Sequence record: SRR33789315_29
Direction: 5' to 3' (one strand)
Length of the DNA: 20,000 nt
The notes beneath the pieces were generated by a model. It saw only the letters and a list, made by a program, of their open reading frames with translations. It was not told the origin of the DNA and searched no databases. Below are positions 1 through 8,639 of this stretch, piece after piece; position 1 is the first letter of the stretch, and the number at the start of each line of letters is the position of its first letter. The position numbers and the translations under genes are program-made.

Positions 1-710
1 GAGTTGTCTATAAACCGGTTCGAACAGGCAGCTTTTATCTTGGCTATGGCACATCCTTCAACCCCACTGCTGAGGCGCTCTCTATCAGCACCAGCTCTAG
101 GCAACCTGGCATTGCCGACTTAGACCCTGAAGAGAATCGCACTTTAGAGCTGGGGACTAAATGGCAAATCATGGATCGCAGTATGTTCGTCACCGCAGCC
201 CTTTTCCGCACGGAAAAAACCAATGCCAGGACACAAGATCCAAGCGATCCCAATGATCTTCTAGTGTTGAAAGGCGAGCAATTAGTGCAAGGGGTAGAAC
301 TTGGTTTAGCAGGTAATATTACTGAGAAACTAAGTGCATTTGCCGGTTATACCTATCTCGAAACTGAGATAACCAAGAGCTTGGATGCAACGCAGATCGG
401 CAAGGCGCTCGATAATTCTCCCGAGCATACCTTTAACTTATGGAGCACCTATGCGCTTTCTCCGAGCATCGAGTTTGGTCTTGGAGCTCAGTTTGTGGAC
501 GAGCGGTTCAATAATACTTCCAATGCTAGAAGCGCACCGTCGTACTGGGTGTATGAAGCCTCAGCGTCTTACGCAGTGAACGATCAATTGGGTTTCCGTT
601 TGAACATACAGAACTTAACGGACGAGAAGTACATTGACTTCGTAGGGGGTGGGCACTTCATTCCTGGACTAGGTCGCGTCGTCCTGCTCAGTTCCAACTT
701 TACTTTCTAG
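1..710 (+). CDS. TonB-dependent siderophore receptor, Fiu/PiuA-like (C-terminal part; 5' end outside window)
   Basis: The frame is open from position 3 ([21 protein letters not shown]...[16 protein letters not shown]) into the 171..710 ORF. It has TBDR barrel motifs ([21 protein letters not shown]) and a C-terminal Phe (NFTF). It lies 8 bp upstream of a piuC homologue. Confidence 0.9.
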   Translation, partial: VVYKPVRTGSFYLGYGTSFNPTAEALSISTSSRQPGIADLDPEENRTLELGTKWQIMDRSMFVTAALFRTEKTNARTQDPSDPNDLLVLKGEQLVQGVELGLAGNITEKLSAFAGYTYLETEITKSLDATQIGKALDNSPEHTFNLWSTYALSPSIEFGLGAQFVDERFNNTSNARSAPSYWVYEASASYAVNDQLGFRLNIQNLTDEKYIDFVGGGHFIPGLGRVVLLSSNFTF

Positions 711-718
711 GATTCGCT

Positions 719-1399
719 ATGCTGCTCGAGATACACGAAGTTCTAAAACCTGCGCAAGTAAAAGCGATGCGAGAAGAATTGCTCGGGGGCCAATGGGTGG
801 ACGGTAAACTCACTGCCGGCCATCAATCCGCACTCGCCAAGAAGAATCGGCAATTGCCGGAGAACTCGCAGGTCGCGCAGCAGTGCGGTAAGACAATTCT
901 AAACGCATTGCAGGGTAGCGGACTTTTTATGTCCGCTGCCCTGCCCCAGCGCGTGTTCCCTCCTTTGTTCAATCGCTATGAAGGGGGAGAACACTTTGCC
1001 AATCACGTCGACAATGCTATTCGTGGGTTGCCAATGGGCGGACAGATTCGCACCGATCTGTCCGCTACCTTGTTTTTGTCTGATCCTCAAGATTACGACG
1101 GCGGCGAGTTACTAGTCGATGATACCTATGGCGCTCATAAAGTGAAGCTGAGTGCGGGTTCATTGATCCTGTATCCTTCCACGAGCCTGCATCGAGTGAC
1201 ACCTGTCACGCGAGGCATGCGCCTCGCCTCTTTCTTCTGGATTCAGAGCATGATTCGCGACGATGCTCAGCGTACCTTATTGTTCGATCTGGATATGTCA
1301 ATCCATCGCCTGCGCCAACAATTAGGGCCGGAGCACGAGGCCTTGGTGGCACAAACCGGTGTCTACCATAATCTCTTGCGACGTTGGGCGGAGCCATAA
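719..1399 (+). CDS. piuC: PKHD-type Fe(II)/2-oxoglutarate-dependent hydroxylase (PiuC/YbiX)
   Basis: 226 aa with [21 protein letters not shown] (HxD), [38 protein letters not shown] and [10 protein letters not shown]. The position after a Fiu/PiuA receptor is the usual one. Confidence 0.95.
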   Translation: MLLEIHEVLKPAQVKAMREELLGGQWVDGKLTAGHQSALAKKNRQLPENSQVAQQCGKTILNALQGSGLFMSAALPQRVFPPLFNRYEGGEHFANHVDNAIRGLPMGGQIRTDLSATLFLSDPQDYDGGELLVDDTYGAHKVKLSAGSLILYPSTSLHRVTPVTRGMRLASFFWIQSMIRDDAQRTLLFDLDMSIHRLRQQLGPEHEALVAQTGVYHNLLRRWAEP

Positions 1400-1447
1400 A
1401 AAAAGCCAAAGTAACGCTGCTCACACAGGCTACTTTGGCTTTGTTTT
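1398..1447. terminator. Probable bidirectional intrinsic terminator
   Basis: AAAGCCAAAGTA (1402-1413) pairs with TACTTTGGCTTT (1431-1442). An A-run precedes it and a T-rich stretch follows; it lies between convergent genes. Confidence 0.75.
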
Positions 1448-1457
1448 CTCTGCGATT

Positions 1458-2648
1458 TTAGCGTGCAGAATATTTAGTGAATGCCCCGCCTGCTTGGCTA
1501 AGTGAGTTCGGGCCTTCTGCGGCAAACACATTGCCATTGCCATCCACTGCAACTCCCTCGCCAGCTGTACCCTGCGCCAGTCTGTCTTCGCGCTCGAAGG
1601 GTTGAATGAATCCAGTTACGACGTCTTCATCGATATGTCCGATGCGTACGCCATTGCGCCAGCCTGGGTGGCTAGTGGGACTGGACTCCGAATCGATGGC
1701 GTAGATCATATCGTCGTCTGTGATAAACAGACCGCTGATTCGGCTGAAGCTATAGCGCGATTCGAGGTAGTTACCATCTTGATCGAAGATCTCGATACGA
1801 TGATTACCTCGGTCAGCTACCCAAAGGCGGCCTTGAGAATCAAACTCCATCGCGTGAGGCGTACGGAATTCGCCGTGGCGCACTCCAATCTGCCCCCACT
1901 GCTTGATGAAGGTACCGTCAGGTGCAAATTTCAGGATACGCGAAGTTTCGCCATTGGCGCGCCCCTCTTCCATCGCCTGCATGCTGATCATGCCTTGCGC
2001 ATTGTGGCCATCTGACACATAGATGCTGCCATCAGGGCCGGTAATTACGTCATTGGGCTGATTGAAGTGCGCGGAATCATTGCCGGGCTGTCCAGCAACG
2101 CCGAGACTCATCAACAATTCGCCGTCTGGGCTGAATTTGTGCACCTGGTGGCCTTTAGTACCTTCAGGATTGACGGCAAAGTCCGTTACCCAGACGTTGC
2201 CCTCGGAATCTACATGGATACCATGAGGTGTGACAAACACACCTGCGCCGAAGTTCTTCAGTACAGCACCGGTGTTTGGGTCGAACTTAAAGATTGGGTC
2301 AACAGGGTTGGTATCGCAGGTAATTGGTGCTCCAGCGCCAAAATTGCCGGCACCACAGCGCTCGTAAGCAACGAGCATGCCGTCGGTCGGGTCAATATCG
2401 ACGCCAGCCGTAGAGCCCCACTCCCTTCCAGCCGGGAGATCGCCCCAATTGCGCGTCACTACAGGGTAAGGAGTTGGAAAGCCGTCACCGGTAATGACAT
2501 TGCCTACTACGACGGGTTCATGGCTCATGACTGGTGCTGGCGCTGGGGCGGCCGCAGAAGCGCTGCCGCTGGTGGTCGTAGGCTCGGTACACGCCGCCAA
2601 CATAAGTGAGGCACAGAGGGTGGATAACAGAATACGGGATGCTGACAT
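1458..2648 (-). CDS. NHL-repeat beta-propeller lipoprotein, peptidyl-alpha-hydroxyglycine alpha-amidating lyase (PAL)-like family
   Basis: Lipobox LAAC, a T/S/A/P-rich linker, and NHL repeats (PHGIHVDSEGNVWVTD, FNQPNDVITGPDGSIYVSDG, FRTPHAMEFDSQGRLWVADRGNHRIEIFDQDG). AAAGGAG RBS upstream. Confidence 0.88.
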   Translation of the reverse strand: MSASRILLSTLCASLMLAACTEPTTTSGSASAAAPAPAPVMSHEPVVVGNVITGDGFPTPYPVVTRNWGDLPAGREWGSTAGVDIDPTDGMLVAYERCGAGNFGAGAPITCDTNPVDPIFKFDPNTGAVLKNFGAGVFVTPHGIHVDSEGNVWVTDFAVNPEGTKGHQVHKFSPDGELLMSLGVAGQPGNDSAHFNQPNDVITGPDGSIYVSDGHNAQGMISMQAMEEGRANGETSRILKFAPDGTFIKQWGQIGVRHGEFRTPHAMEFDSQGRLWVADRGNHRIEIFDQDGNYLESRYSFSRISGLFITDDDMIYAIDSESSPTSHPGWRNGVRIGHIDEDVVTGFIQPFEREDRLAQGTAGEGVAVDGNGNVFAAEGPNSLSQAGGAFTKYSAR

Positions 2649-2895
2649 GACTACTCCTTTATTATTTATGTGCTTGGAGGAAAGAAACTTGTTATAGGAG
2701 CATAAAATCTATTGAGGCTTAAGTCCACCAATCAAGGACTAAACCGACTACCTCTGCTCCTCGGTGAACAACCCCTTCTTCGCCCCCCGGATACTCTGAG
2801 CATATCCACACCCTAGAATGGGCATTAATACAATGTTAAGAATTCAAGCGTAGCGTGGCACTCCAATCACCTCTATTGGAGCGTCAAAGCACACT

Positions 2896-4593
2896 ATGCG
2901 TCATGCCCAGCCTCTTATTCGCATTTCCGCACTAGTAACGCTACTAAGTGCCTTTTGTGCACAAGCCCACGCTCAGTCCGGCGCTGGCTGCGAGCTTGTT
3001 ACTAGCCCTGCAACGCAAAGTTTCGACTTCACCGAAGATATATCACGCTGGGGCACACAAGACTCATTTGATCTCGATAGCGAGCATTACCATGTACGCA
3101 ACATCTCGGTGAATCGTCTCCCAATTTTCGATGAAACGAACGACAAAGAAAATAATGCCGTGTTTCGCTGGATAAATCGCGTGCATATACCTACGCACCA
3201 GAAAGTCATTACCGATCAACTACTATTCAAAGAGGGCAGCGAAGTTAACTCGCAAATGCTTTCCGAGAATGAGCGATTATTGCGCCAACAGAAATACGCC
3301 GCGGATTCTAAAATAAGAATTCTAAATAAATGTGATCAAGAGGTAGACCTTGAGGTAGTAACGCGGGAAGTCTGGACTTTAGCGCCAGTCTTCTCGTTTC
3401 ACTCCAGCGGTGGAGACAACTCACTCGACGTTGGCATACGAGACTCAAACGCATTCGGAACCGGACAACGAGCGTCGGTTTTTTACAGCAGCGACGCCAA
3501 TCGCAACAGCTATAAACTGTCTTTTGAAAATCCCAACATCGGCAACACGCATCGCGTTGTGAAGGTACAGGCCGACAACAACAGCGATGGTTTTCATTAC
3601 CTCGCACAGTACTCGCTTCCATTCGTCTCGCTCGATGCGCGCAATGCATGGCAGTTCTCTTTCGACTCCACTAAGGAGATTCTCACGCAATATCAGTTCG
3701 GTAGGAAAACTACCCAGGTCCAAAGAGATAAAGAATTAGTAGAAGTATCTCGCGGCTTTTCAGCCGGGTTAAAAGACGGTAAGACACGGCGTTTTGTCTA
3801 TGGATTGCGAGAGGAGAAATACAGCTATGCGCAAGGCAACGAACTGCCAACACCAAGTGCACTGCCGCAGGATCTAACGCTGCTTTACCCGTTCCTCGAA
3901 TTTGAGAGTATCGAAGACAATTTCGCTCTCGCGTACAACATTAGCCAACTCTACCGCACCGAAGATTTATCGCTGGGTAAGCAACTACGTTTTAGCGTCG
4001 GCTACGATCCAACAGGAGATCAGCACCTTGTGCTTCGAGGCAATATCACAGATACACTCTTGTCTCAGCGAAAAATGCTATTGCAATGGAGCAGTGATTG
4101 GCAGGGGCGATGGAACCAACACGACAACGCGTGGGAAGACACCTTAGTCAATTTCAATATCGATTTTCATCGCGGGCAAACTGAGAAGAGGACTCTATAC
4201 ATGGGACTCTCTGCCTCGAAGGCGATCAATTTAAATAGCAGCCTTCAGCTTGGCCTTGGAGGAGATAACGGCTTACGCGGCTTCGATAGCCATTTCTTGA
4301 ACGGCGACGCTTTATTGAAGTTTACGATTGAGGAGCGCTACTTTAGCGATTACCAACTCCTGCAACTGTTACGCGTTGGATATGCTGGATTCTTCGATGT
4401 AGGCAAAATGGTTGGCGACCCACTATGGGGCGGCGACCAAGTCTATAAGAATGTAGGATTAGGGCTGCGTCTTGCGCCTAGCAAGACAGACGAGGGGCGA
4501 ATTATTCATATCGATCTGGCTTACCCGATTGGTGCGAATATTCCTGGCGGAAAATCGCTGCAATTTGTCGTAGAGGCGAAGGCTTCGTTCTAA
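2896..4593 (+). CDS. Omp85 (BamA/TamA superfamily) outer-membrane beta-barrel protein with a short POTRA-like N-terminal region
   Basis: Sec signal peptide (AQAHA|Q); POTRA-like segment (VITDQLLFKEG...ENERLLR...VDLEVVTREVW); barrel start GIRDSNAFGTGQ; loop-6 motif LGGDNGLRGF; FFDVG, GLGLR, IHIDLAYP; terminal Phe. Confidence 0.8.
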   Translation: MRHAQPLIRISALVTLLSAFCAQAHAQSGAGCELVTSPATQSFDFTEDISRWGTQDSFDLDSEHYHVRNISVNRLPIFDETNDKENNAVFRWINRVHIPTHQKVITDQLLFKEGSEVNSQMLSENERLLRQQKYAADSKIRILNKCDQEVDLEVVTREVWTLAPVFSFHSSGGDNSLDVGIRDSNAFGTGQRASVFYSSDANRNSYKLSFENPNIGNTHRVVKVQADNNSDGFHYLAQYSLPFVSLDARNAWQFSFDSTKEILTQYQFGRKTTQVQRDKELVEVSRGFSAGLKDGKTRRFVYGLREEKYSYAQGNELPTPSALPQDLTLLYPFLEFESIEDNFALAYNISQLYRTEDLSLGKQLRFSVGYDPTGDQHLVLRGNITDTLLSQRKMLLQWSSDWQGRWNQHDNAWEDTLVNFNIDFHRGQTEKRTLYMGLSASKAINLNSSLQLGLGGDNGLRGFDSHFLNGDALLKFTIEERYFSDYQLLQLLRVGYAGFFDVGKMVGDPLWGGDQVYKNVGLGLRLAPSKTDEGRIIHIDLAYPIGANIPGGKSLQFVVEAKASF

Positions 4594-4596
4594 GCA

Positions 4597-4647
4597 AGTT
4601 GACAGCAATGATCTTTCCACACAAACGAAAAGATCATTGCGACAACT
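4597..4647. terminator. Hairpin between convergent genes (terminator or transcript-stabilising stem-loop)
   Basis: GCAATGATCTTT (4605-4616) pairs with AAAGATCATTGC (4629-4640) around a 12-nt loop; outer AGTTG/CAACT extension. U-tails are weak. Confidence 0.55.
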
Positions 4648-4651
4648 GATT

Positions 4652-7186
4652 TTAGCGAAGACGAGTAGCAAGGCCTTCTAGGCTCATCGCCAATTCGACA
4701 TAGCGCTTCGCGCTGCTGCCCTCGCGCGAGTTGCCAGCCTCTCTTAAGGTCTTAGCGATCGCGTCAAGCCGCACAGCTCCTAGCGGGTCCTTGCCCCCGG
4801 TCATTAGTAGAGATTCTACATTCGCCAATATCTCTCTCATCTCTGCTTCTTCCTCATCGGGGAGAAGTTCACTGCGTGATAATTGATCGACATAGGCGAG
4901 CGCGACGACTGGCTCCACTGGCCACTCGTGGCGCTTCTGCTGCTGCGCATTCACCACGACGTCGGGCATTTGGTATGACGCGGCAGCGATTTCATTGGCA
5001 CTTAGGTAGTCGCTGGGAGTAAGGCTCAGCACATCAAGACCACGCGCGATCTCAGTGCCATACACTCTGCCACCGTACCAGTAGGCAGACCAATAACCGC
5101 CGAGAATGAGTTCTTTCTCATCCACTGGGCCACGGTCGAAGAACGCGATTTCCACAGGGTTGGAAGAGTCAGTGAAATCCATTACGGAAATACCGCCCTG
5201 ATACCATGCTTGTACGAAAATATCGCGACCTGGCACTGGCACTAGCGAGCCGTTGTGAGCAACACAGTTTTCTTGATCGGTCTGCGGAGCTGACATCTTA
5301 TAGTGACTGCGGTATTGCAACTTACCGTCGACAATATCGTAGATCGCATCGGCTCCCCAGTTCAGTGGGTCCGATGGACGACAGCGTGGACGCGAGCCAC
5401 CACCCCACTCGTCTGTGAAGATGACCTTGCTGCCATCGTTGTTAAACGTGGCGGAGTGCCAGTAAGCGAAACCAGTATCGATAACCTGATCCAAACGGCT
5501 TGGATTCTCCGGGTCAGAAATATCGAGCAGGATACCGTTACCCGAGCAGGCACCAGCAGCAACTCCTATTTCAGGAAAGGCTGTAATGTCGTGGCAATGG
5601 TTCGTAGAGGCTGTTGTCTGCGTTCCCTTGCCATGGTCCCCCCCTTCCCACAAGCCAGCTAGAACACCCGCCTCTGGATCGGCGAAAATAAACGGACGAT
5701 TCACGACTTCAGCGTCATACGGGCGCGCTAGCGGAATCTTAATGACGTCGATTCTGAACAAGGCTGACTCGGGGTTCTCGAATGGAGATTCGTCAGAACA
5801 CTCACTCATCTCATCATCCGGGCGCACCGAGCTAGACCCAGACCCATACACATAAATATTGCCGAGGTCATCAGGATCGGTGACTACAGTGTGGGTATGA
5901 GACCCGCGACATGTCTGCACCGCTCCTACCTGCACTGGCATTCTAAAATCGCTGACATCGAAAATACGGATGCCGCGGAAACGCTCATCACTAGCAGGTT
6001 CCGCCACACCTTGTAGCCCGCAATCCAGACGACCTCGGGTTTGCTCTACCGACATGATCAGTAGATTGCCGATAACGGAGACATCGCCTTGCCCACCGGG
6101 GCACACCACTGAACTAAGTAATTCGGGCGAGGAGGGATTGCTGATGTCGTAGGCATTAAAGCCATGGTAGTTGCCTGCGACCAGAACATTGCCCACGAAG
6201 GTCATATCAGTGTTCGCGAAATTGAGCAGGCTTGGACGTGGCTCGGAAGTTTCGTCGTCCTCTTCCTCGGCGATCGGCGTCTCGCTTGCAACACTGCCTT
6301 GCGCAAGATCAAGGGCGACGTCTTGGGCCGCTGCCGGGTCTGGTTCACCCTGCTCCTCTGGCGCCAAGGCCTCTTCCTCTAACTCCTTCACGCGGCTCAT
6401 CGGCAAGCCCATGGGGTTTTCTGGATCGAAGAAGCCTTCCGGCTTTGAAACCGCAGCCAATAGCTGCATGTTAAAGGAGGCTTCGCCAGCGTCTGCGAAT
6501 CCTGCACGTAAATTGACGCGAGGATCTGGCGAGAAACCCGCCAGCATCGCATTCATGCGTTCAATCTCACTAGTCTGGTCAGAAGTGACTTCAGTCGTGA
6601 ACTCATAGAGCACCGAATCCTGAGCGGAGCCAGGCTGATCCAGCAAGTTCTCCACCATCTCAAGCGCACCTTCGTGGTGATCGATCATGAACTGCAAGAA
6701 TAAATTGTCGAACTCTGGGCCTTCGGCATCTGTGAGTCGCTGAAAGTCCTCTGGGCTAAGCATGCCGGGCATCAAGTCGTCGGCGCTCATATTGTGGTGA
6801 GCGTGCTCACCTGGAACCTCAAGGCCACGGTCTTCCAGCCAACCTCGCATCATCGACATCTCGTCTTCTTGTGAAATCGAGATCCGCTGCGCCATCGCAA
6901 TCAGAGAGTCGCGATTCGAGCGCCCATCGACTAAGGCTCCCATCTCAACTGCTTGCGCATGGTGAGAGATCATTCCCTGCATGAATTTCACATCGGCATC
7001 TGAAAAATGTAGGCTAGCCAGATTGGATGCCTCTTCGGCCGAAATCAGACGACTAGGCTGGCCAGGGGCACCAGGCTGTATAATGGGCGCTTGTGCGCTG
7101 GCCACAGCGCTAAGAATGCAACTTGTTAAACCGATGGTGGCGATTAATGCGTGACGACGGATGGAACAGGTAAAGGGAGACGACAT
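4652..7186 (-). CDS. Secreted DUF305 (ferritin-like, CopM-related) + LVIVD-repeat beta-propeller fusion protein
   Basis: Signal peptide (AVASA|Q), then IIQPGAPG; DUF305 motifs ADVKFMQGMISHHAQAVEM, FLQFMIDHHEGALEM and QTSEIERM; an acidic linker; LVIVD-like strands (FNAYDIS, IRIFDVSD, ILLDISDP, ISVMDFTD). I prefer the ATG at 7186 (GGAG RBS just upstream) to the track's start at 7219. Confidence 0.82.
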   Translation of the reverse strand: MSSPFTCSIRRHALIATIGLTSCILSAVASAQAPIIQPGAPGQPSRLISAEEASNLASLHFSDADVKFMQGMISHHAQAVEMGALVDGRSNRDSLIAMAQRISISQEDEMSMMRGWLEDRGLEVPGEHAHHNMSADDLMPGMLSPEDFQRLTDAEGPEFDNLFLQFMIDHHEGALEMVENLLDQPGSAQDSVLYEFTTEVTSDQTSEIERMNAMLAGFSPDPRVNLRAGFADAGEASFNMQLLAAVSKPEGFFDPENPMGLPMSRVKELEEEALAPEEQGEPDPAAAQDVALDLAQGSVASETPIAEEEDDETSEPRPSLLNFANTDMTFVGNVLVAGNYHGFNAYDISNPSSPELLSSVVCPGGQGDVSVIGNLLIMSVEQTRGRLDCGLQGVAEPASDERFRGIRIFDVSDFRMPVQVGAVQTCRGSHTHTVVTDPDDLGNIYVYGSGSSSVRPDDEMSECSDESPFENPESALFRIDVIKIPLARPYDAEVVNRPFIFADPEAGVLAGLWEGGDHGKGTQTTASTNHCHDITAFPEIGVAAGACSGNGILLDISDPENPSRLDQVIDTGFAYWHSATFNNDGSKVIFTDEWGGGSRPRCRPSDPLNWGADAIYDIVDGKLQYRSHYKMSAPQTDQENCVAHNGSLVPVPGRDIFVQAWYQGGISVMDFTDSSNPVEIAFFDRGPVDEKELILGGYWSAYWYGGRVYGTEIARGLDVLSLTPSDYLSANEIAAASYQMPDVVVNAQQQKRHEWPVEPVVALAYVDQLSRSELLPDEEEAEMREILANVESLLMTGGKDPLGAVRLDAIAKTLREAGNSREGSSAKRYVELAMSLEGLATRLR

Positions 7187-7378
7187 AGAGATTTCTCCAA
7201 AGGAGTTCAAAAAATACACTTAAATGAGTAACGTGAGAATAAAGCCAAACGCCACTCAATTCCATGCAAATTTCCAAGCTAACTGGCTAAATTTCAGTAC
7301 AATCATCGCTGCAGGGCCGTCAAACGCTAGTCTTTTTTTCTCAGCGCCGCAAACTCACTATTGTTAAGGTTACCCCGC

Positions 7379-8059
7379 ATGCACTTCGACTCAATTAGTA
7401 GCAACATCATCTGCCACCAATGCGGCTTGCTGGTGAATGTGGGAAACCTGAAAGATGGCTGTAGTGCGAGTTGTCCCCGCTGCGCGCAGGTATTGACCAA
7501 GCGCTATCGCAACGCGAATGAGTTGTTGTTGGTTTTTTCTATCTCCGCTTTATTTTGTCTGATCTATAGTGTTTGGTTTGGCTTCCTAGAGATGTCTGTG
7601 CAAGGTCAGGTACGACAAATCACGTTGATGGAGTCGGTTACAACGCTGTTCTCATTACAAGAGATGGCATTGGGCACGTTAATGACACTGATCATAGTGG
7701 GAATACCAGCGCTGTATACAAGCCTCCTTATTTTCCTAGTAGGCAGCATCAAATTCAATCGTGTCTCGCGCCACACGATTGTGGTTCTAAGAATCGTCGG
7801 ATATGTACGATTCTGGAACATGTGCGAAATTTTCTTTCTTGGTATTTTAGTGAGCATGGTGAAGATCGCGGGACTTGCGCATATCGCAATCGGCGAGTCT
7901 TTCTGGGCCTATGCGTTCTTTAACTTTTTCCTCTTCGCCGCAATCATGCATTTTGACAAAGTGCAATTGGCGCTAGCCATCAGACTTCAGAGCGCCCATC
8001 AAGACAAACACTCGATGCCGCCGCGCTTAGTGGGAGGCACAAATGCCCATGTCAGCTAA
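7379..8059 (+). CDS. pqiA: Paraquat-inducible protein A family membrane protein (first PqiA half)
   Basis: CHQC...CPRC zinc-ribbon pair, hydrophobic helices, WNMCEIFFLGILVSMVKI motif. ATG at 7379 preferred; TTG at 7361 is possible. Confidence 0.88.
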   Translation: MHFDSISSNIICHQCGLLVNVGNLKDGCSASCPRCAQVLTKRYRNANELLLVFSISALFCLIYSVWFGFLEMSVQGQVRQITLMESVTTLFSLQEMALGTLMTLIIVGIPALYTSLLIFLVGSIKFNRVSRHTIVVLRIVGYVRFWNMCEIFFLGILVSMVKIAGLAHIAIGESFWAYAFFNFFLFAAIMHFDKVQLALAIRLQSAHQDKHSMPPRLVGGTNAHVS

Positions 8060-8639
8060 GCACTTGCTCAGTTGCCATCATTGCATGGTGATTCATGACG
8101 CCAAGACGCACCAGTGCAGTTTCTGTCATGCGCCATTACATGGGCCTTCCTCTTTGGACTTACAGCGGAGTTGGGTTTATCTCCTCACTTCACTGATACT
8201 TTACTTCCCTGCGAATCTCTTGCCGATTATGCTGACCAATTCACTCGGCACGCAGACTAGCAATACTATTGCCGGAGGTGTCATGTTGCTGTGGGAACAT
8301 GGCTCTTATTTCATCGCTGCCATCATTTTTATCGCGAGCCTCCTTGTCCCTCTGGGTAAATTTGTCGCACTGTTTATGCTTTGCATCAGCCAAACCTTCG
8401 ATCTGGGTTTAGTAGCACACCAAAAAACTAGAATTTATCGCATTACCGAGTATGTGGGCAGATGGTCGATGATCGACGTGTTCGTCGTCGCTTTTTTAGC
8501 AGGTTTTATTCAGATGGGTGAGATTATGTCCATTTACCCGGGTCCTGCCGCGCTAGCTTTCGCGGCGATGGTCATCTTCACGATGCTTGCGGCCAACAGC
8601 ATCAATCCAAAACAGTTCTGGGAAAAACATAATGAGTGA
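8043..8639 (+). CDS. pqiA: Paraquat-inducible protein A family membrane protein (second PqiA half)
   Basis: CHHC...CSFC, YFPANLLPIM, IFIASLLVP.GK, VGRWSMIDVFVVA, GPAALAFAAMV. Overlaps the upstream gene by 17 bp. Confidence 0.92.
   Translation: MPMSAKHLLSCHHCMVIHDAKTHQCSFCHAPLHGPSSLDLQRSWVYLLTSLILYFPANLLPIMLTNSLGTQTSNTIAGGVMLLWEHGSYFIAAIIFIASLLVPLGKFVALFMLCISQTFDLGLVAHQKTRIYRITEYVGRWSMIDVFVVAFLAGFIQMGEIMSIYPGPAALAFAAMVIFTMLAANSINPKQFWEKHNE

Noticed and set aside
1602..2609. Long + strand ORFs (137 and 180 aa) opposite the NHL gene
   Set aside because: Antisense shadows of a well-supported gene, with no recognisable motifs.
719..2648. Idea that PiuC (hydroxylase) and the PAL-like protein form a peptide-amidation pathway
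   Set aside because: The genes are convergent and separated by a terminator, PiuC is cytoplasmic and explained by its piuA linkage, and no precursor peptide is visible.
1874..2868. Similar strings CGTGGCGCACTCCAATC (about 1874) and CGTGGCACTCCAATC (about 2854)
   Set aside because: A short imperfect match with one copy inside coding sequence; consistent with chance.
5206..6608. Several + strand ORFs within the DUF305-LVIVD gene
   Set aside because: Antisense or alternative-frame artefacts of a coding region.
8587..8631. N-terminal extension of pqiB in the ORF track (TTG start)
   Set aside because: It lies inside pqiA; the ATG at 8632 gives a normal PqiB N-terminus with a typical overlap.
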